From Betaproteobacteria bacterium (GTDB lineage: Bacteria; Pseudomonadota; Gammaproteobacteria; Burkholderiales; SG8-39), in contig VBCA01000001.1 in the NCBI GenBank assembly GCA_005881575.1, positions 21,611 through 85,610 of the forward strand: a DNA stretch of 64,000 bases. Direction: 5' to 3'. The notes below the pieces were generated by a model, which had not been told where the DNA came from, made no database searches, and saw only the letters and a program-made list of their open reading frames with translations. Both the position numbers and the translations under genes were made by a program. Below are positions 45,121-54,198 of this stretch, in pieces; the first letter of the stretch is position 1; each line of letters starts with the position of its first letter.

Positions 45121-45787
45121 AGAGGCGGGCCAGCTTGGCGGGAGCGGCGCCGAAGAAAAACGCGAGGCGCAGCCACGCCATCAGCAGCACCGTGCGCAGG
45201 ACCCCGCGGCGCTCCCAGCGCCGGCCCGACGTGACCGCCTTGTCCGCGAGACACAGCGGCCGCGACACGCGCTTGAGCGAGCGCGACAGCGCGATGTCTT
45301 CCATCAGCTCGAGTGGCGGGAAGCGCCCGGCGCCCTCGAACGCCTCGCGCCGGACGAAGATGGCCTGATCGCCGGTGGCGATTCCGGTCGCGCGCGAGCG
45401 CAGGTTCATGAAAAACGCGATCACGGGTAGGCAGAGGCTGGCGCCTTCGATGCGCACGTCGAACCGCCCCCATGCCTTGCCGCTCGCGGCGAGCCCCTGC
45501 AGGACGCTCGCGTCGGCATTTTCCGGAAGGCGCGTGTCGGCGTGAAGGAATAGGAGGACTTCACCGCGCGCGAGCGCCGCTCCCGCGTTCATCTGGCTCG
45601 CGCGACCGCGCGCTGCCGAGGCGACGCGATCCGAGGCGCGACGCGCGAGAACCGCAGTGTCGTCGCTCGAGCCGCCGTCGACGACGATCACTTCGTGACC
45701 GCGCTGGCGCAGCGATGCGAGCCCCGCGAGCTCCGCGGCAATCCCTTCCGCCTCGTTCAGCGCCGGGACGATGATCGAAATCCTCAA
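45101..45787 (-). CDS. family-2 glycosyltransferase, rSAM-selenodomain-associated transferase 1-like
   Basis: (M)RISIIVPALNEAEGI...VIVVDGGSSDDT. The proposed TTG start at 45787 overlaps the upstream stop (TTGA). The track start at 45820 (GTG) is an alternative. Confidence 0.7.
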   Translation of the reverse strand: MRISIIVPALNEAEGIAAELAGLASLRQRGHEVIVVDGGSSDDTAVLARRASDRVASAARGRASQMNAGAALARGEVLLFLHADTRLPENADASVLQGLAASGKAWGRFDVRIEGASLCLPVIAFFMNLRSRATGIATGDQAIFVRREAFEGAGRFPPLELMEDIALSRSLKRVSRPLCLADKAVTSGRRWERRGVLRTVLLMAWLRLAFFFGAAPAKLARLYDGERG

Positions 45788-47931
45788 CCGCGCCTCCACG
45801 CGTGGAACTTCTCCGCCCACTTGAGCAGCCCCTGCGGGGCGTGCGCTCTCTTCCAGCTGCCCGCCGCGTACTTGTTGCCCTCGGCGAGCGTGGGGTAGAT
45901 GTGGATGGTGCCGAGGATCTTGTTGAAGCCGATGCCGTGCTTCATCGCCGTGATGAATTCGACGATGAGATCGGCTGCGTGTTCCCCGGCGATCGTTGCG
46001 CCGAGGATCCTGTCCTTGCCGGGCACGGTGAGGACTTTCACCACTCCTGTCGTCTCCCCGTCGGCGATCGCGCGGTCGAGGTCTTCGAGACGGTAGTTAG
46101 TGACGTCGTAAGCGACGTTTTTCTCCCTGGCCTCGGTTTCGTTCAACCCTACGCGCGCGACCTCGGGATCGGTAAACGTCGCCCAGGGGATCACCGAGTA
46201 GTCGGCGCGAAATCTCTTCACTCCGCCGAAGAGCGCGTTCACCGCCGCGTACCAGGCCTGGTGCGAGGCAGTATGCGTAAACTGATACGGGCCGGCGACA
46301 TCGCCGCAGGCGTAGATGTTGGGATAGAGGGTCTGCAGGTATTCGTTCGTGCTCACAGTGCGCGCGCGGCTCAATTCGATGCCGAGCTCCTCCAGGCCGT
46401 ACCCCTCGGTATTGGCGACGCGCCCGACCGCGCACAGCAGCTCGTCGAACGGGATGCGGACCTCGCTGCCGTCGTTCTCGCACAAAAGCAGCTTCTCGCC
46501 GCCCTCCCGGAGTACGCGCACCGCCTTGTGATCGGTGCGGACGTCGATGCGCTCCTCGCGGAACTGCCGCGCGACCATCTCGGAGATCTCCGGGTCTTCC
46601 CGGATCAGGATGCGCGGAAGCATCTCGACCTGCGTCACGCGCGATCCGAACCTCGCGAAGCACTGGGCGAGCTCGCAACCGATCGGCCCTCCCCCGAGGA
46701 CGATCAGCCGCGGCGGCAACGCCCTCAGGTTCCAGACCGTATCCGAGGTGAGGCAACCGATTTCGGCGAGCCCGGGGATCGGCGGCACGAAGGGCTGCGC
46801 GCCCGCGGCGATGACGATCGCCCGGGTGGTGAGCACGCGCCTGCCCGTTTCGCTCTTCACCTCCACCGTCCAAGGCGAGGTGATTTTTGCCTCGCCCTGC
46901 AGGCATTCGACGCCGAGCTCGGTGTAGCGCTCGGCCGAGTCGTGCGGCTCGACGGTTCTCACCACGCGCTGCACGCGCTCCATGACGTCGGCGAAATCGA
47001 AGTCGACCTGCATGGCCCTGAAGCCGAATTCGCGGGGGCGCTTCGCCTGCGCCACGAGCCGCGCCGACTTGATCAGGGCCTTCGAGGGCACGCAGCCCGT
47101 GTTGAGGCAGTCCCCGCCCATCTTGTCCTTCTCGATCAGCGTCACTTTCGCCTTGACCGCGGCCGCGATGTAAGCCGACACCAGACCGGCGGAACCCGCG
47201 CCGATCACGACGAGGTTGCGGTCGAATCTGGCCGGCTTCGGCCATCTCGCAAGACGCCGGCGCGCTTTGGCGGACTCGATGACGTACCTCGCGACGAGCG
47301 GAAATATGCCGAGCAGCGCGAGCGAGCCGATCAGCGCCGGGGAAAGGATCCCCGAAATCGATTGGATGGTCGCAAGCTGCGTACCCGCGTTCACGTAAAC
47401 GATCGTGGCGGGAAGCATGCCGATCTGGCTCACCCAGTAGAACGTCCGGGCCCGGATCGGCGTGAGCCCCATGAGGAGATTGACTACCACGAACGGAAAC
47501 GCCGGCACCAGCCGCAGGGCGAACAAGTAGAACGCCCCCTCCTTCTCCAGGCCCGCGTCGATCGCCCGCAGTCTGTCCCCGAAGCGGTCCCGCACCAGGT
47601 CGCGAAACAGAAAGCGGGAGGAGAGAAAGGCGAGCGTTGCGCCGATGCTCGAGGCGAACGACACGACCAAGGTACCCCACAAGAGCCCGAATATCGCGCC
47701 GACCGCGAGCGACAGCACCGCCGCCCCGGGCACCGACAGGCCGGTGACGGCGACGTAGATCGCGAAAACGATTCCGGCGGCTGCGAGCGGATTCGCCCGC
47801 CGGAATTCCTCGATCGCCGACTGCTGTGACTTGAAATATTCGAGCTGCAGGTACTGGCCGAGGTCGAGCGCGAAAAACGCCGCGATCAGGCCAAGGACAA
47901 GGGCCGCAACGAGCAGCCGGCGACGCGACAT
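45784..47931 (-). CDS. fusion protein: DedA/VTT (TVP38/TMEM64) membrane domain + pyridine nucleotide-disulfide oxidoreductase (mercuric reductase/dihydrolipoamide dehydrogenase-like)
   Basis: Trimmed to the ATG at 47931 (MSRRRLLVAALVLGLIAAFF...). The N-terminal ~230 aa form a VTT-type membrane domain. Next come VVIGAGSAGLVSA and the redox-active disulfide GGDCLNTGCVPSK, followed by a C-terminal dimerisation domain. Confidence 0.8.
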   Translation of the reverse strand: MSRRRLLVAALVLGLIAAFFALDLGQYLQLEYFKSQQSAIEEFRRANPLAAAGIVFAIYVAVTGLSVPGAAVLSLAVGAIFGLLWGTLVVSFASSIGATLAFLSSRFLFRDLVRDRFGDRLRAIDAGLEKEGAFYLFALRLVPAFPFVVVNLLMGLTPIRARTFYWVSQIGMLPATIVYVNAGTQLATIQSISGILSPALIGSLALLGIFPLVARYVIESAKARRRLARWPKPARFDRNLVVIGAGSAGLVSAYIAAAVKAKVTLIEKDKMGGDCLNTGCVPSKALIKSARLVAQAKRPREFGFRAMQVDFDFADVMERVQRVVRTVEPHDSAERYTELGVECLQGEAKITSPWTVEVKSETGRRVLTTRAIVIAAGAQPFVPPIPGLAEIGCLTSDTVWNLRALPPRLIVLGGGPIGCELAQCFARFGSRVTQVEMLPRILIREDPEISEMVARQFREERIDVRTDHKAVRVLREGGEKLLLCENDGSEVRIPFDELLCAVGRVANTEGYGLEELGIELSRARTVSTNEYLQTLYPNIYACGDVAGPYQFTHTASHQAWYAAVNALFGGVKRFRADYSVIPWATFTDPEVARVGLNETEAREKNVAYDVTNYRLEDLDRAIADGETTGVVKVLTVPGKDRILGATIAGEHAADLIVEFITAMKHGIGFNKILGTIHIYPTLAEGNKYAAGSWKRAHAPQGLLKWAEKFHAWRRG

Positions 47932-47944
47932 GGTGCGCGCCGCT

Positions 47945-48904
47945 TCAGGCCGCGCGCGAGAAAGCGCCCGTCCGCACGGCCTGCTCCACCTCGTACCCCG
48001 GACCGGAAGCGATGCGCTTGCGATACGAGAGCGCGGCGGGCGAGCCTGCGGGCCAGACGCGGTCGAATCGCGCCATCCACGCTTCGTGGTCGTAGCGCAC
48101 GGGAACGGCTTCGACGACCGTCGCTCCGAGCCGCGCCCCGTAGAGCGCCTGCGCCGAGGGTGTGCTCGCGATGCGCGTCGCGAGGCCGAAACGCGTGTCG
48201 CGGAAATTCGGCATTCCGGCGGCGCCGTTGTTGACGATGAGCGCCTTCCCGCGCGGCGCATCGAATTCCCGCATCACCGGCAGGCAGGTATGCGTACAGG
48301 CAAAGACGTCGACGCCGGATCCGGCGAGCAGCGCCGCCGCGCGTTCGGGACGCTCGCGCAGCGCCTCCTGCGAGAACTGCCAGCCGGCGAGCGATTCGGC
48401 GTCGCCGTGCACGATGCCGATGCGCAGGCCCGCGATTTCCGCGACGAGGTGCATGGGCAGGACGCCGAGGCGCTCGCGCAATTCCGGATACGCGCTTGCG
48501 GTCCCGCGCAATCGCGTGAGAATCTCGTTCGAGCGCCCCACTTCGGCCTCGCCCACCCATTCGGGGTAGGCGCAGCCGCAGCCCGCGCCGGAATCCTCGC
48601 CGGCGATCTCGGTCTCCACGTTGCCGCGCACGGCCGCGTGCCGAAGGACAGTCTCGTTGATGCTTTCGAATTCCGCCGGGTCGACGTTGAACCAGTTGAA
48701 ATCGCCGTTGAAGGCGAGCGTCGCGCCCTCCCGCCGCGCCATGGCAAGGACCGCTTCGAGCGCGAAGGGATTGCCGTAGAGTCCGCCGACGATGAAGAGG
48801 GATTGCGCCCTGAGTTCTGCGGCGCGCGCGAAGACCGCAGGCGAGTAACGGTAGTGGCGCGGACAGGACCGGCCGGGCCGCGTTCTAGCCATCGAGCGCG
48901 CCAC
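47945..48904 (-). CDS. metallophosphoesterase-like protein
   Basis: 319 aa with calcineurin-like motifs (FIVGGLYGN, FNGDFNWFN, GIVHGDAESL, CTHTC). It overlaps the upstream radical-SAM gene's end by 20 nt. Confidence 0.6.
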   Translation of the reverse strand: MARSMARTRPGRSCPRHYRYSPAVFARAAELRAQSLFIVGGLYGNPFALEAVLAMARREGATLAFNGDFNWFNVDPAEFESINETVLRHAAVRGNVETEIAGEDSGAGCGCAYPEWVGEAEVGRSNEILTRLRGTASAYPELRERLGVLPMHLVAEIAGLRIGIVHGDAESLAGWQFSQEALRERPERAAALLAGSGVDVFACTHTCLPVMREFDAPRGKALIVNNGAAGMPNFRDTRFGLATRIASTPSAQALYGARLGATVVEAVPVRYDHEAWMARFDRVWPAGSPAALSYRKRIASGPGYEVEQAVRTGAFSRAA

Positions 48905-49841
48905 CGCAGCTCGAGCCCTGCCCGGCCGTGCACCCGAAGCAATGGTCCTTCACCACGATCGGGTTGCCGGCGAGGTCGCGGCCGACGAGATCGGCGAGCC
49001 TGACCCGCTGCCGGCCCGCGATTCTGAGAGGCAGACCCAGCATCTGGTTGAAATCGCAGTCGTAGACCGTGCCCTGCCAGTCAACCGAGATCAGGGTACG
49101 ACACATCACGGCGCCCAGATTCTCCTCGCGGTAGGACTCCTGCAGCAGCTTCATGTAGGCGTTGAACTGTCCCCTGGAGATGAGCGTCGAGCCGAATCGG
49201 GCGATCGGCATATTGGCGAGCGTGTAGAGCCGGTTGAAGCGGATGCCGAAACGCTCGCCCAGCACCCGCTTGTAATCTGCCTCGAGCTTTTCCTGCGGGG
49301 GCGGGAGCGAAGCTCCTTGAGGGTTGTACACGAGGTTGAGCGCGAGGCGCGAGCCCTCCACTGCGTAGCCGAGCGCGTTGAGACACCGAAGAGCACGAAT
49401 GCTCGTCTCGTATACGCCTTTGCCGCGCTGCCTGTCGACCAGCTCCTCCGTGTAGCAGGGAAGCGAGGCTATGATCTCGACGTCCTCGCGCGCGAGAAAC
49501 TCCGCGAGGTCCTCCTGGCCGGGCTCTTCGAGAACGGTGAGATTGCAGCGGTCGATCACGTGCGCGCCGAGCGCGCGGGCGCGCTCGACCAGCTCCCTGA
49601 AATGCAGATTCAACTCGGGCGCGCCGCCGGTAACGTCGAGCGTGCGGACGCCCGAGGCCTCGAGGTAGCGCAGCACGGTATGCACCGTCTCGCGGTCCAT
49701 CTCCTCAGTGCGCGTGGGACCCGCGTTGACGTGGCAGTGCACGCAGCTCTGGTTGCATTTGTAGCCGAGATTGACCTGGAGCGTCTCGAGACGCTCGCGG
49801 CGTATTCCTGGAAAGTTTGAGACTTCGAGGAGAGGGAGCAT
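48885..49841 (-). CDS. radical SAM / Cys-rich domain protein (ArsS-like; Cys variant of the 'selenodomain' family)
   Basis: MLPLLEVSNFPGIRRERLETLQVNLGYKCNQSCVHCHVNAGP contains the CxxxCxxC cluster. The C-terminal Cys-rich tail is HCFGCTAGQGSSCGGALDG. The track start at 49916 is an alternative. Confidence 0.75.
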   Translation of the reverse strand: MLPLLEVSNFPGIRRERLETLQVNLGYKCNQSCVHCHVNAGPTRTEEMDRETVHTVLRYLEASGVRTLDVTGGAPELNLHFRELVERARALGAHVIDRCNLTVLEEPGQEDLAEFLAREDVEIIASLPCYTEELVDRQRGKGVYETSIRALRCLNALGYAVEGSRLALNLVYNPQGASLPPPQEKLEADYKRVLGERFGIRFNRLYTLANMPIARFGSTLISRGQFNAYMKLLQESYREENLGAVMCRTLISVDWQGTVYDCDFNQMLGLPLRIAGRQRVRLADLVGRDLAGNPIVVKDHCFGCTAGQGSSCGGALDG

Positions 49842-50053
49842 CGCGTGCACGGGCGGTTCTCCTTCTCCTCTATCTGGCGCCGGCGAGCTGTACGGGCGGG
49901 CACTTGACGGAACCATAAGCGGCCGCGGCGATGAGCGCTCCGAAGCTGCCGACCTTTTCAGGATGAGTTTTCATCGTGCGCATGCTAGAGGATACACCGT
50001 GCAAGTGTGCCAAACGGCGTCGTAACCTTTCGTCGTACGGAATCCGTGCTTGC

Positions 50054-50446
50054 TTACATTTTCTGCATGGCCCAGAGCGTATCCAGGTCCCGAAGCAGGT
50101 ACAGCGTGATGCATGCGGCGAGCATCGGCCACGCGGCGAAGAAGAGCAGATTGTCGAGCGGTGCTAGATATTGCTGATAGGACGAGAGCGTCGAGATCGC
50201 ATGAAGCAGCAGCACCAGCCCGTAGGTGTAGCGCTTGGCGGTCCCCGTCACGAAACCGACCAGCAACAGCAGCTCAAGAGCGGCGATGACGTAGAACACA
50301 GTCGGGGAAATGCCGTCGATGCCGTAGAACTTCTTGAAGATCCCGGCAGCGTGTCCCGGGCGGATGAACTTGTCGAGCGTCCACATCAGCATAACGATGA
50401 AGACGCCGATGCGAAGCAGAAAGAGCGGCAGGCGAATGCGGTCCAT
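50054..50446 (-). CDS. DoxX-like small membrane protein
   Basis: 130 aa with 4 TM helices. The size and topology match the DoxX/DoxD-like family. Confidence 0.5.
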   Translation of the reverse strand: MDRIRLPLFLLRIGVFIVMLMWTLDKFIRPGHAAGIFKKFYGIDGISPTVFYVIAALELLLLVGFVTGTAKRYTYGLVLLLHAISTLSSYQQYLAPLDNLLFFAAWPMLAACITLYLLRDLDTLWAMQKM

Positions 50447-50610
50447 GACTCCTCCTTTGGCTGTTATACGAACAGATTGCTGCGAGAAGCGCTATCGAGT
50501 GTTTGTCTCATTGTAGCCGAGTGCTTTCTCCGGCGTTTCTTACGGGAAATAAATCACCTGACTATTCTCGGCATGCTACATTAGGAGCCGCGCAAAGCCT
50601 CCGCTCGCTC

Positions 50611-51162
50611 ATGGGCCACCGCCTCTCCAAGATCTACACCCGCACCGGCGACGGCGGCGACACCGGGCTCGGCGACGGTTCGCGAACGCGCAAGGACAGC
50701 CCGCGCATCGCTGCTCTCGGCGAGATCGACGAGCTGAATTCCGCGATCGGCGTGCTTCTCGCCGAGCCGCCGCCGGAAAAGATTCGCGCAATTCTCGAGA
50801 GCGTCCAGCACGATCTTTTCGACCTGGGTGGCGACGTCTCGATCCCCGGCCGCGCGACGATGACCGAAGATCAGGTCAAGCGGCTCGAGGCGCTGCTCGA
50901 CGAACTCAACTCCGCGCTGCCTCGGCTCAAGGAATTCATTCTTCCGGGCGGAACGCGCGCCGCGAGCCTCGCGCACCTCGCGCGCGCGGTGTGCCGGCGC
51001 GCCGAGCGCTCGATAGTCACCCTGTCGTCTTCGGAAAAAGTCGCCGACCCGGCGAGGATCTACCTGAACCGGCTGTCCGACCTGCTGTTCGTCCTCGCCC
51101 GTGTCCTCAACCGCGAGGGCAGCCGCGGCGACGTGCTGTGGCAGCAGGGGAAGAACCGCTAG
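50611..51162 (+). CDS. ATP:cob(I)alamin adenosyltransferase, PduO-type
   Basis: Trimmed to the ATG at 50611. The N-terminus MGHRLSKIYTRTGDGGDTGL is characteristic, followed by GEIDELNSAIG and FILPGG. Confidence 0.8.
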   Translation: MGHRLSKIYTRTGDGGDTGLGDGSRTRKDSPRIAALGEIDELNSAIGVLLAEPPPEKIRAILESVQHDLFDLGGDVSIPGRATMTEDQVKRLEALLDELNSALPRLKEFILPGGTRAASLAHLARAVCRRAERSIVTLSSSEKVADPARIYLNRLSDLLFVLARVLNREGSRGDVLWQQGKNR

Positions 51163-51163
51163 C

Positions 51164-52666
51164 TCACGCCTCGACGAAGGCTTCCTCGCGCTTCTTGCGC
51201 ACGGTCGGCGCCACAACGATAGTCAGCAGGAGACCCGCAATGACAAGCATGGTGAGGCTGATCGGTCGCTGGAAGAACACCAACGGGTCCCCGCGCGACA
51301 AGAGCATCGCGCGGCGCAGGTTTTCCTCCATGAGCGGCCCGAGGATGAAGCCGAGAATCAGCGGCGCAGGCTCGCATTCGAGCTTCACGAAGATGTAGCC
51401 GACCACGCCGAACGCCGCCGTCTGCATGACGTCGAACGGGCTGTTCGAGATGCTGTAGACGCCGATGCAGCAGAAGACCAGTATCGCAGGGTAGAGTATC
51501 CGGTAGGGCACCATCAGCAGCTTGATCCACATTCCGATCAACGGCAGGTTGAGCACCACCAGCATCAGGTTGCCTACCCACATCGAGGCGATCATTCCCC
51601 AGAAGAGCTGCGGCCGCTCGGTCATCACCTGCGGGCCGGGTGCGATGCCCTGGATCATCATCGCCCCGATCATCAGCGCCATCACCGGATTCGACGGGAT
51701 GCCGAGCGTGAGCAACGGGATGAAGGAGGTCTGGGCGCCGGCGTTGTTCGCCGATTCGGGCGCCGCCACGCCCTGGATCGCGCCCTTGCCGAAGTTCGCC
51801 GAATTCTTCGAGACCTTTTTCTCCAGCGTGTAGGCGGCGAACGAGGCGAGCAGCGCTCCTCCCCCGGGCAGAATGCCGAGGAACGAGCCGAGAGCGGTCC
51901 CGCGCAGGATCGACGCCCACGAATCCTTGAAGTCCTGCAAGGAAGGGAGCAGGTTGCTCACCTTCTTGGTGAAGACTTCGCGCTGCTCCTTCTGTTCGAG
52001 GTTGGCGATGATCTCGGCGAAGCCGAACACGCCCATCGCCACCGAGACGAAGCCGATACCGTCGGAGAGTTCCGACACGCCGAAGCTGAACCGCGCGACC
52101 CCCGAGTTGACGTCGGTGCCCACCAGGCCCAGCAGCAGGCCGAGAATCACCATCGCGATCGCCTTGATGAGCGAGCCGTGGGCGAGCACCGTCGCCGCGA
52201 TCAGGCCGAGCACCATCAGCGAAAAGTACTCCGCCGGGCCGAACTTCAGCGCGACTTCGGCGAGCGGAGGCGCAAACAGCGCGATGATCACCGTGGCGAC
52301 GCATCCGGCGAAGAACGAGCCGATCGCCGCGATGCCGAGCGCGGGCCCCGCCCGGCCCTGTCGGGCCATCTGGTAGCCATCGAGGCAGGTCACCACCGAC
52401 GACGACTCGCCCGGAATGTTGACCAGAATAGCGGTGGTCGATCCGCCGTACTGCGCGCCGTAATAGATCCCGGCAAGCATGATCAGCGCGGAAGTCGGGT
52501 TGAGCGTGAAAGTAACCGGCAGCAGCATGGCGATGGTGGCCACCGGCCCGATGCCGGGCAGCACGCCGATCAGCGTGCCGAGCAGACAGCCCATCAAACA
52601 GTAGAAAATATTCTGGAAAGAGAGCGCAACCTGGAAGCCGATGGCGAGATTGTGAAAGAGTTCCAT
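51164..52666 (-). CDS. tctA: tripartite tricarboxylate transporter large permease
   Basis: 500-aa polytopic protein with typical TctA sequence (GVLPGIGPVATIAMLLP, GGSTTAILVNIPGE). Confidence 0.9.
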   Translation of the reverse strand: MELFHNLAIGFQVALSFQNIFYCLMGCLLGTLIGVLPGIGPVATIAMLLPVTFTLNPTSALIMLAGIYYGAQYGGSTTAILVNIPGESSSVVTCLDGYQMARQGRAGPALGIAAIGSFFAGCVATVIIALFAPPLAEVALKFGPAEYFSLMVLGLIAATVLAHGSLIKAIAMVILGLLLGLVGTDVNSGVARFSFGVSELSDGIGFVSVAMGVFGFAEIIANLEQKEQREVFTKKVSNLLPSLQDFKDSWASILRGTALGSFLGILPGGGALLASFAAYTLEKKVSKNSANFGKGAIQGVAAPESANNAGAQTSFIPLLTLGIPSNPVMALMIGAMMIQGIAPGPQVMTERPQLFWGMIASMWVGNLMLVVLNLPLIGMWIKLLMVPYRILYPAILVFCCIGVYSISNSPFDVMQTAAFGVVGYIFVKLECEPAPLILGFILGPLMEENLRRAMLLSRGDPLVFFQRPISLTMLVIAGLLLTIVVAPTVRKKREEAFVEA

Positions 52667-52669
52667 CCC

Positions 52670-53488
52670 TTACTCCAGACTCGGCCAGACGTTCATCGGC
52701 AGCCCCAAGCCGTGGACGAACGATGCTACCGAGAATACCGCAAGAGCGAAGCTGAGGACGGTGACGTGCCCCGCCGTGATCTGCGGCCACTTGTACCGAC
52801 CTGCGAAAAACGCGAGCACTGCGCCCAAACCGATCTCCATCAATAGGAGCACCAGCACTGGGGGTAAATTTAGACCCACTGCGCCGAACACAGTGAGCAC
52901 AGGATGCTGTATCCACGATGACACGACCAGCGTAAGGTAGGTCAAGAGGACTCCGACGGCTACGTAGGCCGGCAACATCTGGAAATCCTTGCGCGTCCAC
53001 GCGAACCCTGGTACCGCCGAAACGATCGTCAGTACGAAGACCGCCATTACGAGTCCGAGAGGCTTCAACAGATAGCCAAAAAGAACGACCGCGAACAGGA
53101 CCACCCACAGCGAACGCTCACCGAAGGCCGCAAAGAGCAACAGGATTGCGACGCCCGCAAGCAACGCGTGGGCAATCTGCGCGAATATCGTCGCGTCGCG
53201 CTGTGGCTGGGTGTAATAGGCGATTACGCCCAATATCAGCCCGCCGACGATCAGCCAGAAACGAAACGGAAAGACAGCCAGCGGATTGGATATCTTTGAC
53301 ACGAAGCCCCGGAACAATACGACCGCCCCGAGCACCGCGAGAATGCCCCCGAGCACCGTGGGAAAATATGCCGGCCCCATGCGCACCGCGTTCCCCATGG
53401 CGTAGTTCTGGGCCACGGCCATGAAAGCCAACCCGAACGCGATGAACATCACCCCGGCCCAGAAATCCTTGCCGTTCGTTATTTTCAT
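52670..53488 (-). CDS. tripartite tricarboxylate transporter TctB-like small subunit, unusually long (~272 aa)
   Basis: Trimmed to the ATG at 53488, preceded by GGAGGG. The N-terminal ~70 aa resemble TctB (KDFWAGVMFIAFGLAFMAVA...RMGPAYFPTVLGGILAVLG). There are about 8 TM helices rather than the usual 4. Confidence 0.55.
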   Translation of the reverse strand: MKITNGKDFWAGVMFIAFGLAFMAVAQNYAMGNAVRMGPAYFPTVLGGILAVLGAVVLFRGFVSKISNPLAVFPFRFWLIVGGLILGVIAYYTQPQRDATIFAQIAHALLAGVAILLLFAAFGERSLWVVLFAVVLFGYLLKPLGLVMAVFVLTIVSAVPGFAWTRKDFQMLPAYVAVGVLLTYLTLVVSSWIQHPVLTVFGAVGLNLPPVLVLLLMEIGLGAVLAFFAGRYKWPQITAGHVTVLSFALAVFSVASFVHGLGLPMNVWPSLE

Positions 53489-53552
53489 TTCACCCTCCAC
53501 CACTCCGGCCGCGTATTGTGCCACAGGTTCTTCGGCCGGTATGACCCCCTGA

Positions 53553-54083
53553 TCAAGTCTTTTCGCGATCCATGTAGTCGAGCAGCTTGGAGCTGGTCAG
53601 ACGCAGCCGCTGCGACAGTATAAGCACCAGTTCCATTAGGATTTTCGCCCCGAGCGTTGTCTGCTCCAGAATGATGCGGGCCAGGCTGTCGCGCGACAGC
53701 ACCGCGATCATGCAGGACTCCGCGGCGATGCAGCTCGCAAAGCGTGGCTCGCCGTCGATCATCGACATTTCGCCGAACGACTGCCCCGGCGCGATCAGGG
53801 CAATCAGCCGCGGGGCGTTCCACCGGTCCTGCTTGAACACTTCGATCCGACCTTCGATGAGAAATACCATGAAATCGCCCGCGTCACCTTCGCGGATGAT
53901 CTCCGCTCCCGGGCCTGCGCGGTAGACCTGCATGAACTCGCTCAGCACGCGGATCTCTGTCAGGTTGAAAGTTTCGAAAAGCGGCGAGAAGGTGATGAGG
54001 CCGTGAATCCTCTTGGCGAACCGCGTGGGATCGCCCAGCGATTCCAGCTGTGCCAGCCGGGCCCTTTCCGCTGTTTCTGCCAT
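53553..54083 (-). CDS. cyclic-nucleotide-binding domain protein
   Basis: Trimmed to the ATG at 54083. The cNMP-binding beta-barrel region reads IIREGDAGDFMVFLIEGRIEV...GQSFGEMSMIDGEPRFASCIA. Confidence 0.7.
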   Translation of the reverse strand: MAETAERARLAQLESLGDPTRFAKRIHGLITFSPLFETFNLTEIRVLSEFMQVYRAGPGAEIIREGDAGDFMVFLIEGRIEVFKQDRWNAPRLIALIAPGQSFGEMSMIDGEPRFASCIAAESCMIAVLSRDSLARIILEQTTLGAKILMELVLILSQRLRLTSSKLLDYMDREKT

Positions 54084-54198
54084 CTTCGCACTCGCCTCGG
54101 TGAGCCGCCGCGCGCGGGCCCGGCGTCCCGCCCCTCGCGCCGGTGACGGCGAGATTATGCCCAAACGCCGTACCGATCACAAATACCGGAGTCGCGTC

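Noticed and set aside
47932-48261. N-terminal 110-codon extension of the DedA-oxidoreductase ORF (track start 48261).
   Set aside because: The extension overlaps the metallophosphoesterase gene and is Arg/Ser-rich. The ATG at 47931 gives a plausible basic N-terminus plus TM helix.
48885-49916. Possible selenocysteine (in-frame TGA) in the radical SAM C-terminal domain.
   Set aside because: The ORF is continuous, with Cys at the Cys-rich positions (CFGCTAGQGSSCGG), and it ends at a normal stop. No read-through is needed, so this is the Cys variant.
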